Shown in pieces: positions 7,435-15,361 of a stretch of 42,236 bases of DNA. The DNA comes from a virus. Under the pieces are notes generated by a model. That model saw only the letters and a program-made list of their open reading frames with translations. It made no database searches and was not told where the DNA came from. The position numbers and the translations under genes were made by a program. The first letter of the stretch is position 1, and every line of letters begins with the position of its first letter. Where the stretch lies: IMG/VR virus record IMGVR_UViG_3300014201_000005, positions 1 through 42,236 of that record. One strand, 5' to 3'.

Positions 7435-7725
7435 ATGAACAAGCAGCAAAATTTGAGTGAGCTGGATGCCAGGATTCACGAAGAAGATATTCAACGCATG
7501 GCGGTAAAAGTTTACAAAGAAATGAAAAAAGAAATGGCAAAATATAAATTACGGGTCGATTACTTTTCCGCCTACTCGTTGGCACACTTGCACACAATCT
7601 TGCTCGTACTGGCTGCTAACGAGATGGAGACATTCGCTAAGTCGCCTAACCTGTCGATGGAAATTATAGGCTATGTGAAGCGATTTATCGAGAAGCAGGA
7701 GGAGAAGTTTGCAACTAAACACTAA
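7435..7725 (+). CDS. Hypothetical protein (96 aa)
   Basis: GGGGG lies upstream of the MNKQQN start. The longer track ORF lacks an SD. Confidence 0.5.
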   Translation: MNKQQNLSELDARIHEEDIQRMAVKVYKEMKKEMAKYKLRVDYFSAYSLAHLHTILLVLAANEMETFAKSPNLSMEIIGYVKRFIEKQEEKFATKH

Positions 7726-7773
7726 CCATTTTGTTGACGCCAACAAAATGACCATATTGCCGAGGTCGGAAAA

Positions 7774-8175
7774 ATGATGAGGCTGGTAGCTAGCGAAGCT
7801 CAAGAACAGATTGCCTTAATGAAATGGGCTTGCCTTACCAAGCTGTCTGGGATGTCCATAGGCACATATTTGTTCCACATCCCTAATCAGGGCAAGCGAT
7901 CCAAAATGGGCGGTCACCAGCTCGTTCGGATGGGGCTTAAAGCGGGTGTGCCAGATCTGTTTCTGGCTTATCCGAAATGGCATACCTACTTGCTGGGCTA
8001 CCCAGGCATGTTTATCGAGATGAAACGCCGTAACCTCAAAAACACTCCCGATGGTGGTTTAATGCCTGAGCAAAAAGACATGCTAAACCTACTTGATTCT
8101 GTGGGGTACAAGTGTATAGTTGCCTACGGTTGGGAAGAGGCAAGAGACGCAATTTTGGAGTATTTGAGTGTCTGA
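7774..8175 (+). CDS. VRR-NUC domain nuclease
   Basis: HIPNQGKRS...GVPDLFLAYP...MFIEMKR...PEQKDMLNLLDSVGYKCIVAYGWEEA fits the VRR-NUC PD-(D/E)xK pattern. Confidence 0.75.
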   Translation: MMRLVASEAQEQIALMKWACLTKLSGMSIGTYLFHIPNQGKRSKMGGHQLVRMGLKAGVPDLFLAYPKWHTYLLGYPGMFIEMKRRNLKNTPDGGLMPEQKDMLNLLDSVGYKCIVAYGWEEARDAILEYLSV

Positions 8176-8383
8176 TAATTTCACCCCTATAAGACGAACT
8201 AAATTAAACGATGCTTTAGTGCATAACCTCGAACAATTAATCCGCGAAGGTGTTAAACGAATTGGATTAAAACCATCACAATTTCAATTACTGCATGATT
8301 CGATATGTGATGCGTTAAAAGTACATCACAAAACAGAAATTCCTTTCGAGGGCGCAATTATTTATAAACTGGAGCCAAGATAA
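8168..8383 (+). CDS. Hypothetical protein (71 aa, GTG start)
   Basis: ORF overlapping both neighbouring genes. Confidence 0.45.
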   Translation: MSDNFTPIRRTKLNDALVHNLEQLIREGVKRIGLKPSQFQLLHDSICDALKVHHKTEIPFEGAIIYKLEPR

Positions 8384-9222
8384 TGCCGATATATATTAAT
8401 AAAACATTGATACCCGAGATTAGATTTCCTGGTGGAGAATGTCATATAGCGCTTGACAATATTCTTCAATATGAACTTGATGGCTATACAAAAGTTTATG
8501 GAAAGTGCACGTGTAAAGCATTTCTTTACAATTCCGATGACATTATGCGCTTGTTGTTAACTATCGATGCTATTCGCCGTATAAGCCCAAAAATTCGTAT
8601 AAAACTTGAAATTCCTTATTTTCCATACGCAAGACAAGATCGGGTTTGTAATTATGGGGAAGCCTTAAGTATTAGGGTCATGGCTGATTTAATTAATGGT
8701 TTGAATTGTGAGAGTGTCCTAATTCATGATCCACATTCAGACGTGGTGGGTGCATTGGTGAATAACTGCCGTATCGAGCCTATTCATAATATTATTAGAT
8801 TCACTTCATTAGGTAAGTTTATCAAAGATCGTAATTATGATTTAGTTTCACCAGATGCAGGGGCAGAAAAGAAAGTACGCACAACAGCTTCAATTCTTGG
8901 TAGAGGCGCATATTATGCATATAAATCACGCAATACACTTACTGGCGAAATAACTTCAGTTCGATTCGACGATGATGTCTTAGGCAAGAACTTATTAATC
9001 GTTGATGATATCTGCGATGGTGGCAGAACATTTATTCAATTGGCCGATAGATTAATGCATAACGGTGCAGTAAATGTTTGCCTATATATTACACACGGTA
9101 TTTTCTCAAAAGGGTTAGCTATATTACGCCCACATTTAAGTCATATTTATTGCTATCATACATTTTTGCCTTATTGCGATTTTGATCGAGATTTTCTAAC
9201 CATATTAAGCAAGGAAAATTAA
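8383..9222 (+). CDS. Ribose-phosphate pyrophosphokinase-like enzyme (Prs family); candidate ADPR-pyrophosphate synthetase (Adps) of NARP1
   Basis: Prs motifs PYFPYARQDR and LLIVDDICDGGRT. At 279 aa it is shorter than housekeeping Prs. It abuts the NAMPT-like gene. Confidence 0.75.
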   Translation: MPIYINKTLIPEIRFPGGECHIALDNILQYELDGYTKVYGKCTCKAFLYNSDDIMRLLLTIDAIRRISPKIRIKLEIPYFPYARQDRVCNYGEALSIRVMADLINGLNCESVLIHDPHSDVVGALVNNCRIEPIHNIIRFTSLGKFIKDRNYDLVSPDAGAEKKVRTTASILGRGAYYAYKSRNTLTGEITSVRFDDDVLGKNLLIVDDICDGGRTFIQLADRLMHNGAVNVCLYITHGIFSKGLAILRPHLSHIYCYHTFLPYCDFDRDFLTILSKEN

Positions 9223-10707
9223 ATGTATATTAATCCATTAACCGCAATTGATTTCTACAAAACCGATCATCGTAGACAATATCCAGAAGGTACAACTGAG
9301 GTTTATTCAAATTTTACAGCGCGTAGCAGCAGAATGGGAGGAGTTAAGGAAGTAGTATTTTTTGGATTGCAATATTTTATTAGTGATTTTTTAATTAATA
9401 CTTGGCGTGAATCATTTTTTGAGATCCGCAAACGATATGTATTAGAAGATTATAAACGTCGTATGGACAATGCTTTAGGTAAAGACAGTATTAATATCGA
9501 TCATATCGCAGCACTGCATGATTTAGGTTATTTACCTTTAAGAATTAAAGCTCTACCAGAAGGTACGCTCGTACCAATTGGCGTACCAATGTTAACAGTC
9601 GTTAATACCCATCCAGATTTTTTCTGGTTAACTAATTATATCGAAACAATTATGTCGTGTTATCTGTGGAAGCCCATAACCTCCGCAACGATTGCTTTTG
9701 AATATAAAAAACTATTAACTAATTACGCGAAGACAACTTGTATAGATAAAGATTTTATTAAATATCAAGCGCACGATTTCTCTTTTCGCGGTATGTCATC
9801 ACCACAAGATGCAGCAATTTCCGGTGCGGGTCATTTATTATCGTTTGTAGGCACTGACACAGTGTTAGCAATTGATTTACTCGAAGATTATTATTTTGCA
9901 AATGCTGAGAAAGAATTAATCGGTTGCTCAGTACCCGCAACTGAGCACTCATGTATGTCAATGGGAACAGAGAATAATGAGCTATATACATTTAGGCGAT
10001 TAATCACTGAACTATACCCGACAGGGATTATATCTATCGTATCTGACACTTGGGATTTCTGGCATGTCATTAACATGTATTTGCCCATGCTTAGACCCGA
10101 TATCATGGCTCGCAATGGCAAAGTCGTAATTCGCCCAGATAGCGGCGCTCCGGTAAAGATTATTTGCGGGGATTTACTTGCGCCAAAAGATTCATCCCAA
10201 TACAAGGGCGCTGTCGAATGTCTCTGGGATATCTTCGGGGGCACAATAAATTCAAGGGGCTTTAAAGAACTAGATCCACATATCGGCCTAATCTACGGTG
10301 ACTCAATTACTCTCAATCGCGCCAGTATGATTTTAGAGCAATTAGAGGCTAAAGGCTTTGCCTCTAACAACATTGTCTTTGGTGTTGGCTCATATACCTA
10401 CGAATACGTCACTAGAGACACGTTCGGCTTTGCTATGAAGGCAACTAGTGGGGTCGTAAATGGCGAGCGTAGGGATATCTTTAAATCCCCTAAAACAGAT
10501 GACGGCGAGAAAACATCTGCTAAAGGATTGTTGCGCGTTAAGCGTATTGAGAATAAATTACTTCTCGAACAACAAACCGATGAAGTTTCGGAAGCTGGCG
10601 GAGAATTGCGCACCGTTTTTATGGACGGTCAATTGGTTAGAAAAACTAACCTGCAAGAAATTCGCGAACGTCTTGATAATGAATTACGAGGTAAATGTTA
10701 TGGCTGA
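9223..10707 (+). CDS. Nicotinamide phosphoribosyltransferase-like enzyme (NadV/NAMPT family); candidate Namat of NARP1
   Basis: 494 aa with NAMPT-type motifs (FRGMSS, GVGSYTYEYVTRDTFGFAMKAT). It starts 1 nt after the Prs-like stop. Confidence 0.8.
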   Translation: MYINPLTAIDFYKTDHRRQYPEGTTEVYSNFTARSSRMGGVKEVVFFGLQYFISDFLINTWRESFFEIRKRYVLEDYKRRMDNALGKDSINIDHIAALHDLGYLPLRIKALPEGTLVPIGVPMLTVVNTHPDFFWLTNYIETIMSCYLWKPITSATIAFEYKKLLTNYAKTTCIDKDFIKYQAHDFSFRGMSSPQDAAISGAGHLLSFVGTDTVLAIDLLEDYYFANAEKELIGCSVPATEHSCMSMGTENNELYTFRRLITELYPTGIISIVSDTWDFWHVINMYLPMLRPDIMARNGKVVIRPDSGAPVKIICGDLLAPKDSSQYKGAVECLWDIFGGTINSRGFKELDPHIGLIYGDSITLNRASMILEQLEAKGFASNNIVFGVGSYTYEYVTRDTFGFAMKATSGVVNGERRDIFKSPKTDDGEKTSAKGLLRVKRIENKLLLEQQTDEVSEAGGELRTVFMDGQLVRKTNLQEIRERLDNELRGKCYG

Positions 10708-10894
10708 GAAGTGGACACAAAAACTTGATATCAAAAAAGGCGCTCTTCGCGCTAAAGCAAAGAAAGCTGGTGGTATGAATAAAGAAGGTAAAATCAAAGA
10801 ATCATTTATCGATAAAGAAGAACATTCGAAAAATCCGCGCACTAAAAAACAAGCTGTGCTAGCCAAGACATTTGCAAAGATGAGGAAGAAATAA
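10700..10894 (+). CDS. Small lysine-rich protein (64 aa)
   Basis: The ATG overlaps the end of the NAMPT-like gene. MAEKWTQKLDIKKGALRAKAKKAGG. Confidence 0.45.
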   Translation: MAEKWTQKLDIKKGALRAKAKKAGGMNKEGKIKESFIDKEEHSKNPRTKKQAVLAKTFAKMRKK

Positions 10895-11035
10895 ATGGCT
10901 GCTAAAAAATGCGTAACTGAGAAAGAATTCTCTAAATACAAGAAGGAAGACAAAAAGGATGATAAGAAAATGGCTGAAAAAGTTGTGCGAAAAAATGCGC
11001 ATACAAAAAGAAAGCGTACCGGTAAATATTCTTAA
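10895..11035 (+). CDS. Possible small lysine-rich protein (46 aa)
   Basis: TAAATG junction with the upstream ORF. Below the track threshold. Conflicts with the 5' end of 10959..11405. Confidence 0.3.
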   Translation: MAAKKCVTEKEFSKYKKEDKKDDKKMAEKVVRKNAHTKRKRTGKYS

Positions 11036-11405
11036 CCAACAAGAGCAACAGGCCGACCAGGCTTATCATGATTATTTAACAGGTAAGAGACAGCTTGGGA
11101 ATATTTTGATAGATAACCAAAGCGGCGGCGTAAATGTCTTCCAAAGCAATACTTATGGGCATAATGCCGTTACTATGGCGGCATTAATGCAACAAGACTC
11201 GCAAGCTGCTAGAAATGTATATGTGGAGGGCATGCTAAATACTGTTGTATGCCCCTCTCTTCGAAATTCTACATTGGTAAATGTAACTTCTGGAGAGAGT
11301 AATACTTTTATAGGTACAAAATACCCTGAACCACCTAAAGATTATGTCGATGGCGAATTTGAAGTAGTTGAACCACTTGTGGCTAGTATTGATCTGGATA
11401 AATAG
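10959..11405 (+). CDS. Hypothetical protein; start uncertain (10959 or 10995)
   Basis: Long ORF with no recognisable motifs. Confidence 0.45.
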   Translation: MIRKWLKKLCEKMRIQKESVPVNILNQQEQQADQAYHDYLTGKRQLGNILIDNQSGGVNVFQSNTYGHNAVTMAALMQQDSQAARNVYVEGMLNTVVCPSLRNSTLVNVTSGESNTFIGTKYPEPPKDYVDGEFEVVEPLVASIDLDK

Positions 11406-11408
11406 TGA

Positions 11409-11633
11409 ATGTCATCACACAAATACAAATGCCCTAATTGCGGCGCGCCTATGTGGAAACATGGCACATTATTCTACAAAACTATCAATAAAACATTCGT
11501 CCGCTATAAATGTTCAAATTGTGAGTGCAAAGCTACCTATAATGAAATTGCCTTGGATAGATTTTCCGGAACAACTCAATATTGTGAACATTGTAAACAA
11601 CCTATTCTGGCGACTCGCGTGCTGAAGTATTAA
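11409..11633 (+). CDS. Zinc-ribbon protein (74 aa)
   Basis: CPNC...CSNC...CEHC motifs. Last gene of the rightward early operon. Confidence 0.55.
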   Translation: MSSHKYKCPNCGAPMWKHGTLFYKTINKTFVRYKCSNCECKATYNEIALDRFSGTTQYCEHCKQPILATRVLKY

Positions 11634-11763
11634 CGCTATTAAATTTATCGATGTAGTTGATATAGCAGAATAACAATTGTAATGACCTCAATTATCCACG
11701 CATGATTTAACATCCCGAGACCCATAAAAGCGCCATTAAGAGTTGCTATCGCAATTGTTCCCA

Positions 11764-11943
11764 TTATCTCTTAAACACCGTATAACCATGCTGCGCAAGA
11801 TCAGATCGATTATTCTGCTGTGCACGCAGTGGCTCTAGCTCATTGCCAAGACTCTCATACAATACCTCTCCCGGAATGCGCGGCTTGCGTTTGAATAGCT
11901 TACATTGAGCGTAATTTGCGGGTTTATCAGTTGGTTGTTGCAT
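11764..11943 (-). CDS. Possible small protein (59 aa)
   Basis: Translated by hand. TAACATG junction with the upstream gene. Below the track threshold. Confidence 0.3.
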   Translation of the reverse strand: MQQPTDKPANYAQCKLFKRKPRIPGEVLYESLGNELEPLRAQQNNRSDLAQHGYTVFKR

Positions 11944-11944
11944 G

Positions 11945-12337
11945 TTAGTTGCTCGTTACTAGTTTAAATGGACACATCAATACAGTGGATTCAGTGCATG
12001 TGTAAGTATTATAGGGGGCGGTAAACCAATAACTATTGCCATGATTAAGATTAGGGGTATAGGTTCCGTATGAAACTATTTCAATCCCGGGTGTATTGCT
12101 AACAGTATTATAGGCGCAACCTAAGAGATTGCCGGGAGCATCAAAAACAGCTTGTTTAAAGAAAAAAATACTCACCTTGTTAATCATGGGGGGGGATGCT
12201 ACATGAAAAGTGGGTGGGAGAGTTTGACAATCTAATGGGCTATTGCAAATAATAGCTTGCGGACAATAAATATTACCGCCAAAAGCTGCAAAACTACTTA
12301 ATAATAATGTACTACCTATCAATAATTGCTTAATCAT
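11945..12337 (-). CDS. Secreted Cys-rich protein (signal peptide, six Cys)
   Basis: MIKQLLIGSTLLLSSFAAFG is a signal peptide. Six cysteines in the mature part. Confidence 0.6.
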   Translation of the reverse strand: MIKQLLIGSTLLLSSFAAFGGNIYCPQAIICNSPLDCQTLPPTFHVASPPMINKVSIFFFKQAVFDAPGNLLGCAYNTVSNTPGIEIVSYGTYTPNLNHGNSYWFTAPYNTYTCTESTVLMCPFKLVTSN

Positions 12338-12340
12338 TTT

Positions 12341-12565
12341 TTAATCTCCAAAAAAAGTTTCTGCGAATTGAGTTTGTATTTCTTCTAATATCTCATGTTG
12401 TATCTCGGATAATTCTTTATGCTTCCAATTGCGCCGTAAAAACTCCGAAAAATGCTCAATAGCAATGTGCATTTTCTCGGCTTTACAATGAATCTCAAAT
12501 TTGTCCTTATCTTCCGGCTCGTTTAAATCAAATGATAATGTTGCGTTCATTCCACTAACTCCCAA
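12341..12565 (-). CDS. Hypothetical acidic protein (74 aa)
   Basis: ORF in the leftward accessory operon. Confidence 0.5.
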   Translation of the reverse strand: MGVSGMNATLSFDLNEPEDKDKFEIHCKAEKMHIAIEHFSEFLRRNWKHKELSEIQHEILEEIQTQFAETFFGD

Positions 12566-12753
12566 TCATCATCGTCGAATGATGCGAATTCTATTTTAAC
12601 GGGGTTAAAATGCTGATTAACTAAACACTTTCTTTTTTTGTCATTGCTATAAATTAACTCATATATTGTGTATCGAAAGTAAACAGCTGGATTCTGTATT
12701 CGAGCTATTCGCTTACCATCTTTTAATGCTAGTAATGCCTCTATAATATTCAT
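12547..12753 (-). CDS. DUF2829/Tad2-like small protein, paralogue 1
   Basis: N-terminal IIEALLALKDGKRIAR and C-terminal DDDDWELVE match the DUF2829 end motifs as I recall them. At 68 aa it is shorter than typical members. Confidence 0.45.
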   Translation of the reverse strand: MNIIEALLALKDGKRIARIQNPAVYFRYTIYELIYSNDKKRKCLVNQHFNPVKIEFASFDDDDWELVE

Positions 12754-12932
12754 TCTGCTACCTCCCAGTTATCCTTAAATAAATCTCCTGCAAAAATATT
12801 AACAGGCTCATCATTTTGATTGTGAATGCGCCCATGTGATCCAAGATAATAATATTCATTCTTGGGTGAATTTATTCTTCTAATTTTTACGGTTTTATGC
12901 AGTAATGCATCTAATGCTTCCACAATGGTCAT
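12750..12932 (-). CDS. DUF2829/Tad2-like small protein, paralogue 2
   Basis: IVEALDALLHKTVKIRR ... DLFKDNWEVAE. In tandem with paralogue 1, overlapping by 4 nt. Confidence 0.4.
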   Translation of the reverse strand: MTIVEALDALLHKTVKIRRINSPKNEYYYLGSHGRIHNQNDEPVNIFAGDLFKDNWEVAE

Positions 12933-13189
12933 TATGGTATTTCCCTCAATATATTCTGCGGCAGTTTGTTCTCAATCATCTCAATATCATCTTCGCTCAA
13001 TAATCTATTTCTAAAAGATTTTGGTGGTAATTCATCAACTGCAACTTCTAGGCTGCATGTATTTCCTACACGCTCTGTACTTAATTTTAAGGCTTTATCC
13101 AATGCTTGCTCATAATCATTAGCCTCTACTAGACAACACCCTAACCATTTATGTTGTGCCGTACCAAGATAAAAAAACCACCAGCTCAT
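12932..13189 (-). CDS. Hypothetical protein (85 aa)
   Basis: ORF with a 1-nt overlap to the downstream gene. Confidence 0.5.
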   Translation of the reverse strand: MSWWFFYLGTAQHKWLGCCLVEANDYEQALDKALKLSTERVGNTCSLEVAVDELPPKSFRNRLLSEDDIEMIENKLPQNILREIP

Positions 13190-13226
13190 TATTTAGCCTC
13201 CTTTAAATCAAATAAGAATAGTACGT

Positions 13227-13289
13227 TCATTCCACTAGCTCCCAGTCATCGGCATATAAATCTTCATATGATAAATACCCTACTTCGCC
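13227..13289 (-). pseudogene. Remnant of a third DUF2829-like gene (C-terminal 20 codons, no start)
   Basis: It reads GEVGYLSYEDLYADDWELVE*. The 26 nt at 13225-13250 match 12545-12570 with 2 mismatches. Confidence 0.4.
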
Positions 13290-13729
13290 TCATTCAGATA
13301 CATTATCCATCGTACACCCATATTCGGTATTTTCTCCTGACGCAATTTCAAACATATACAATGGGGTGGTGCAGGTAAATCAAAATAATCAAAAAACCCT
13401 GTCATCTGAAATATCCCATTATTTGCCGAATATTTTGAAATTTTAACCGAATAAGTAATATACTCTTCTAAGAACTCAAAAATAATCGCATTATTTTTTT
13501 TGGAGTAGTGTGGCAATACATAATTGTAAGGATGCCCCAGATCTTTATTTAACAGTTCAGTAATTCCCTTATTCATCGCAAATACTATTCCTTTACTGTT
13601 TTTCACACGATACACCGTCATCATAGGTGCTTTGTGTCGCTTATTTAACGCCATGCTCACTTTTAGATCTGACCAGTCACTCGTTTCTACATCATCATAA
13701 ACTCGTGCTCGTACTGTGCTGCCTTTCAT
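13280..13729 (-). CDS. Hypothetical protein (149 aa) directly downstream of Ro60
   Basis: AAGGAG lies 7 nt before the MKGSTVRARV start. It overlaps the Ro60 3' end by 35 nt. Confidence 0.55.
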   Translation of the reverse strand: MKGSTVRARVYDDVETSDWSDLKVSMALNKRHKAPMMTVYRVKNSKGIVFAMNKGITELLNKDLGHPYNYVLPHYSKKNNAIIFEFLEEYITYSVKISKYSANNGIFQMTGFFDYFDLPAPPHCICLKLRQEKIPNMGVRWIMYLNEAK

Positions 13730-15182
13730 TTTTAATCTCCTTCTGCTCATTAATTAACCAATCAACAACTGAACTAGAAAACCCGTCAATATGGGTAAAC
13801 TGTCCATAACCAACACCATTACGCGCACTAGCCACGTTAATGATATATCCTTTCGTTCCAGGCAATACCGATCCAATACCATCGGATGATTGCTCGTCAG
13901 TAATTACAATTAATGTGTCGTACATACCCGCACCAGCGCCAATAACTATTTTATTTAAGTGAGCGATAGCTTTAGCTAATTCAGTGCTGGCATGCCTCTG
14001 ACTATTTACAATAGCATCACGCAAAGCAAAACCTTTGCGTGGTGGAACGGCAACAAACCCCGACGAAAATGTCCAGGTAAATGGAACCTCAATAGTTAAT
14101 TCACGGATCAATATAGCAACCGCACATGCAGCGTCTAATCGTGTCATATCTGATTTACTAGATAGTCTCTCATCCATAGAACCAGAGACATCGATTAATA
14201 ATGCTATTTTTCCTTGCAACTTTGGCATTTTCTCAACACATCGTGCCATCATCGTCTCAAGCATCGGTTCACATTGCGGAACTGCCTTTGCCGCTGCAAT
14301 AAATTGATATGGCAACATCCTGTCGACTTTGCAAATGGTGGAATAAGACCTAATCTCAGAAATAGAGACTCTAGCTTCTACCATGTTTCTTAAATTACGC
14401 AAAAAGGCGATTGTTCCTAGCTTATTTTCTAACATTAAGCTCGTGAATACTTCGTGCTTATCTTTACCTGCCGACAAAGCAACTTCCCATGTGTCAGGAG
14501 TGGTTAGCGTGCGATCAACTATTTTTTTGTAAAGTAATTCATTAGGCGTGAAAACTTGCGTAGCATCTTGCTCTAAATTAATTAATTTTAACAAACGTCT
14601 CTCTGCTTTAGTAAAGATAGGCGCATCTTTGCCCTTATCTTTTGGCTTTGAATGCGATAAAAATAATGCATCACGTAATTTAACTTGATTATCTCTGTCG
14701 TATTTAGCAAATTGATACTCATTAAACTTACGAAACGCAAATGCTAAGCCTTTTTTAACTTGGTGCGATAATGTGCGCTTTTTAGTTTTTCCAGACATTT
14801 TATTTTCGATATTTGTAGACCAATACAACGCCAAAAAATCCGTAATCTGATCAGGGCGCGTAATTATCCTAGACAATGTCTTAGCTACAAATTTTTTATG
14901 GCTAGCATATCGCGCCATTTCACGCACAATTAATAATGGTGCATGCCTCAAATTCGCACGTTCACTGGCATCTATGGCAAGTTGCACACACTGGGCAGGC
15001 TCAACCAAGGGTACAAGCTTTGCGATGCGTGCGCCTATCTCCTCGCCGTCCTCGTAGAACTCTTTCTCAAACAACATGCAGCTCATTACTGATCTGCGCA
15101 ATTGTAAATATGGGGATATGGTGCAAGCGTTGCCACCTTCGTGGGTTTTTAAGCCGCCAGAGGCTTGATTTAATCGTGTCAT
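13695..15182 (-). CDS. rsr: Ro60/Rsr orthologue (TROVE domain plus vWA domain)
   Basis: The N-terminal region is typical of bacterial TROVE proteins (HEGGNA...FEKEFYEDGEE). The C-terminal vWA has the MIDAS motif LLIDVSGSMDE. Y-RNA-like elements lie immediately upstream. Confidence 0.8.
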   Translation of the reverse strand: MTRLNQASGGLKTHEGGNACTISPYLQLRRSVMSCMLFEKEFYEDGEEIGARIAKLVPLVEPAQCVQLAIDASERANLRHAPLLIVREMARYASHKKFVAKTLSRIITRPDQITDFLALYWSTNIENKMSGKTKKRTLSHQVKKGLAFAFRKFNEYQFAKYDRDNQVKLRDALFLSHSKPKDKGKDAPIFTKAERRLLKLINLEQDATQVFTPNELLYKKIVDRTLTTPDTWEVALSAGKDKHEVFTSLMLENKLGTIAFLRNLRNMVEARVSISEIRSYSTICKVDRMLPYQFIAAAKAVPQCEPMLETMMARCVEKMPKLQGKIALLIDVSGSMDERLSSKSDMTRLDAACAVAILIRELTIEVPFTWTFSSGFVAVPPRKGFALRDAIVNSQRHASTELAKAIAHLNKIVIGAGAGMYDTLIVITDEQSSDGIGSVLPGTKGYIINVASARNGVGYGQFTHIDGFSSSVVDWLINEQKEIKNERQHSTSTSL

Positions 15183-15199
15183 GATATTTCCTTACTGTA

Positions 15200-15279
15200 C
15201 TGGAACAAACGAGCTGGGTACGAAGGGGACATCGTCCCCACCAAATTTAAAGTTTGAAGTAACCCACCTCTACGCCAAG
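15200..15279 (-). ncRNA. Y-RNA-like module 3 (about 80 nt)
   Basis: The closing stem is UUGG/CCAG, then the internal loop CGUA vs GUUUGUU, then helix GAGGUGGGU/ACCCAGCUC with one mismatch. The inner hairpin is GGGGAC-GAU-GUCCCC. It ends 17 nt before the rsr ATG. Confidence 0.55.
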
Positions 15280-15293
15280 TTATAAAACAATCG

Positions 15294-15347
15294 CTGGAAC
15301 TAACAATCAGGGTGTTTTCTAGAGAAGTAACCCCAATATTCGCCAAG
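15294..15347 (-). ncRNA. Y-RNA-like module 2 (about 54 nt)
   Basis: It shares the 5' arm CUUGGCGAAUAUUGGGGUUACUUC and the 3' arm UGAUUGUUAGUUCCAG. Its inner helix is short (GGGGU/ACCCU). Confidence 0.45.
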
Positions 15348-15361
15348 CTATAAAACTATTG

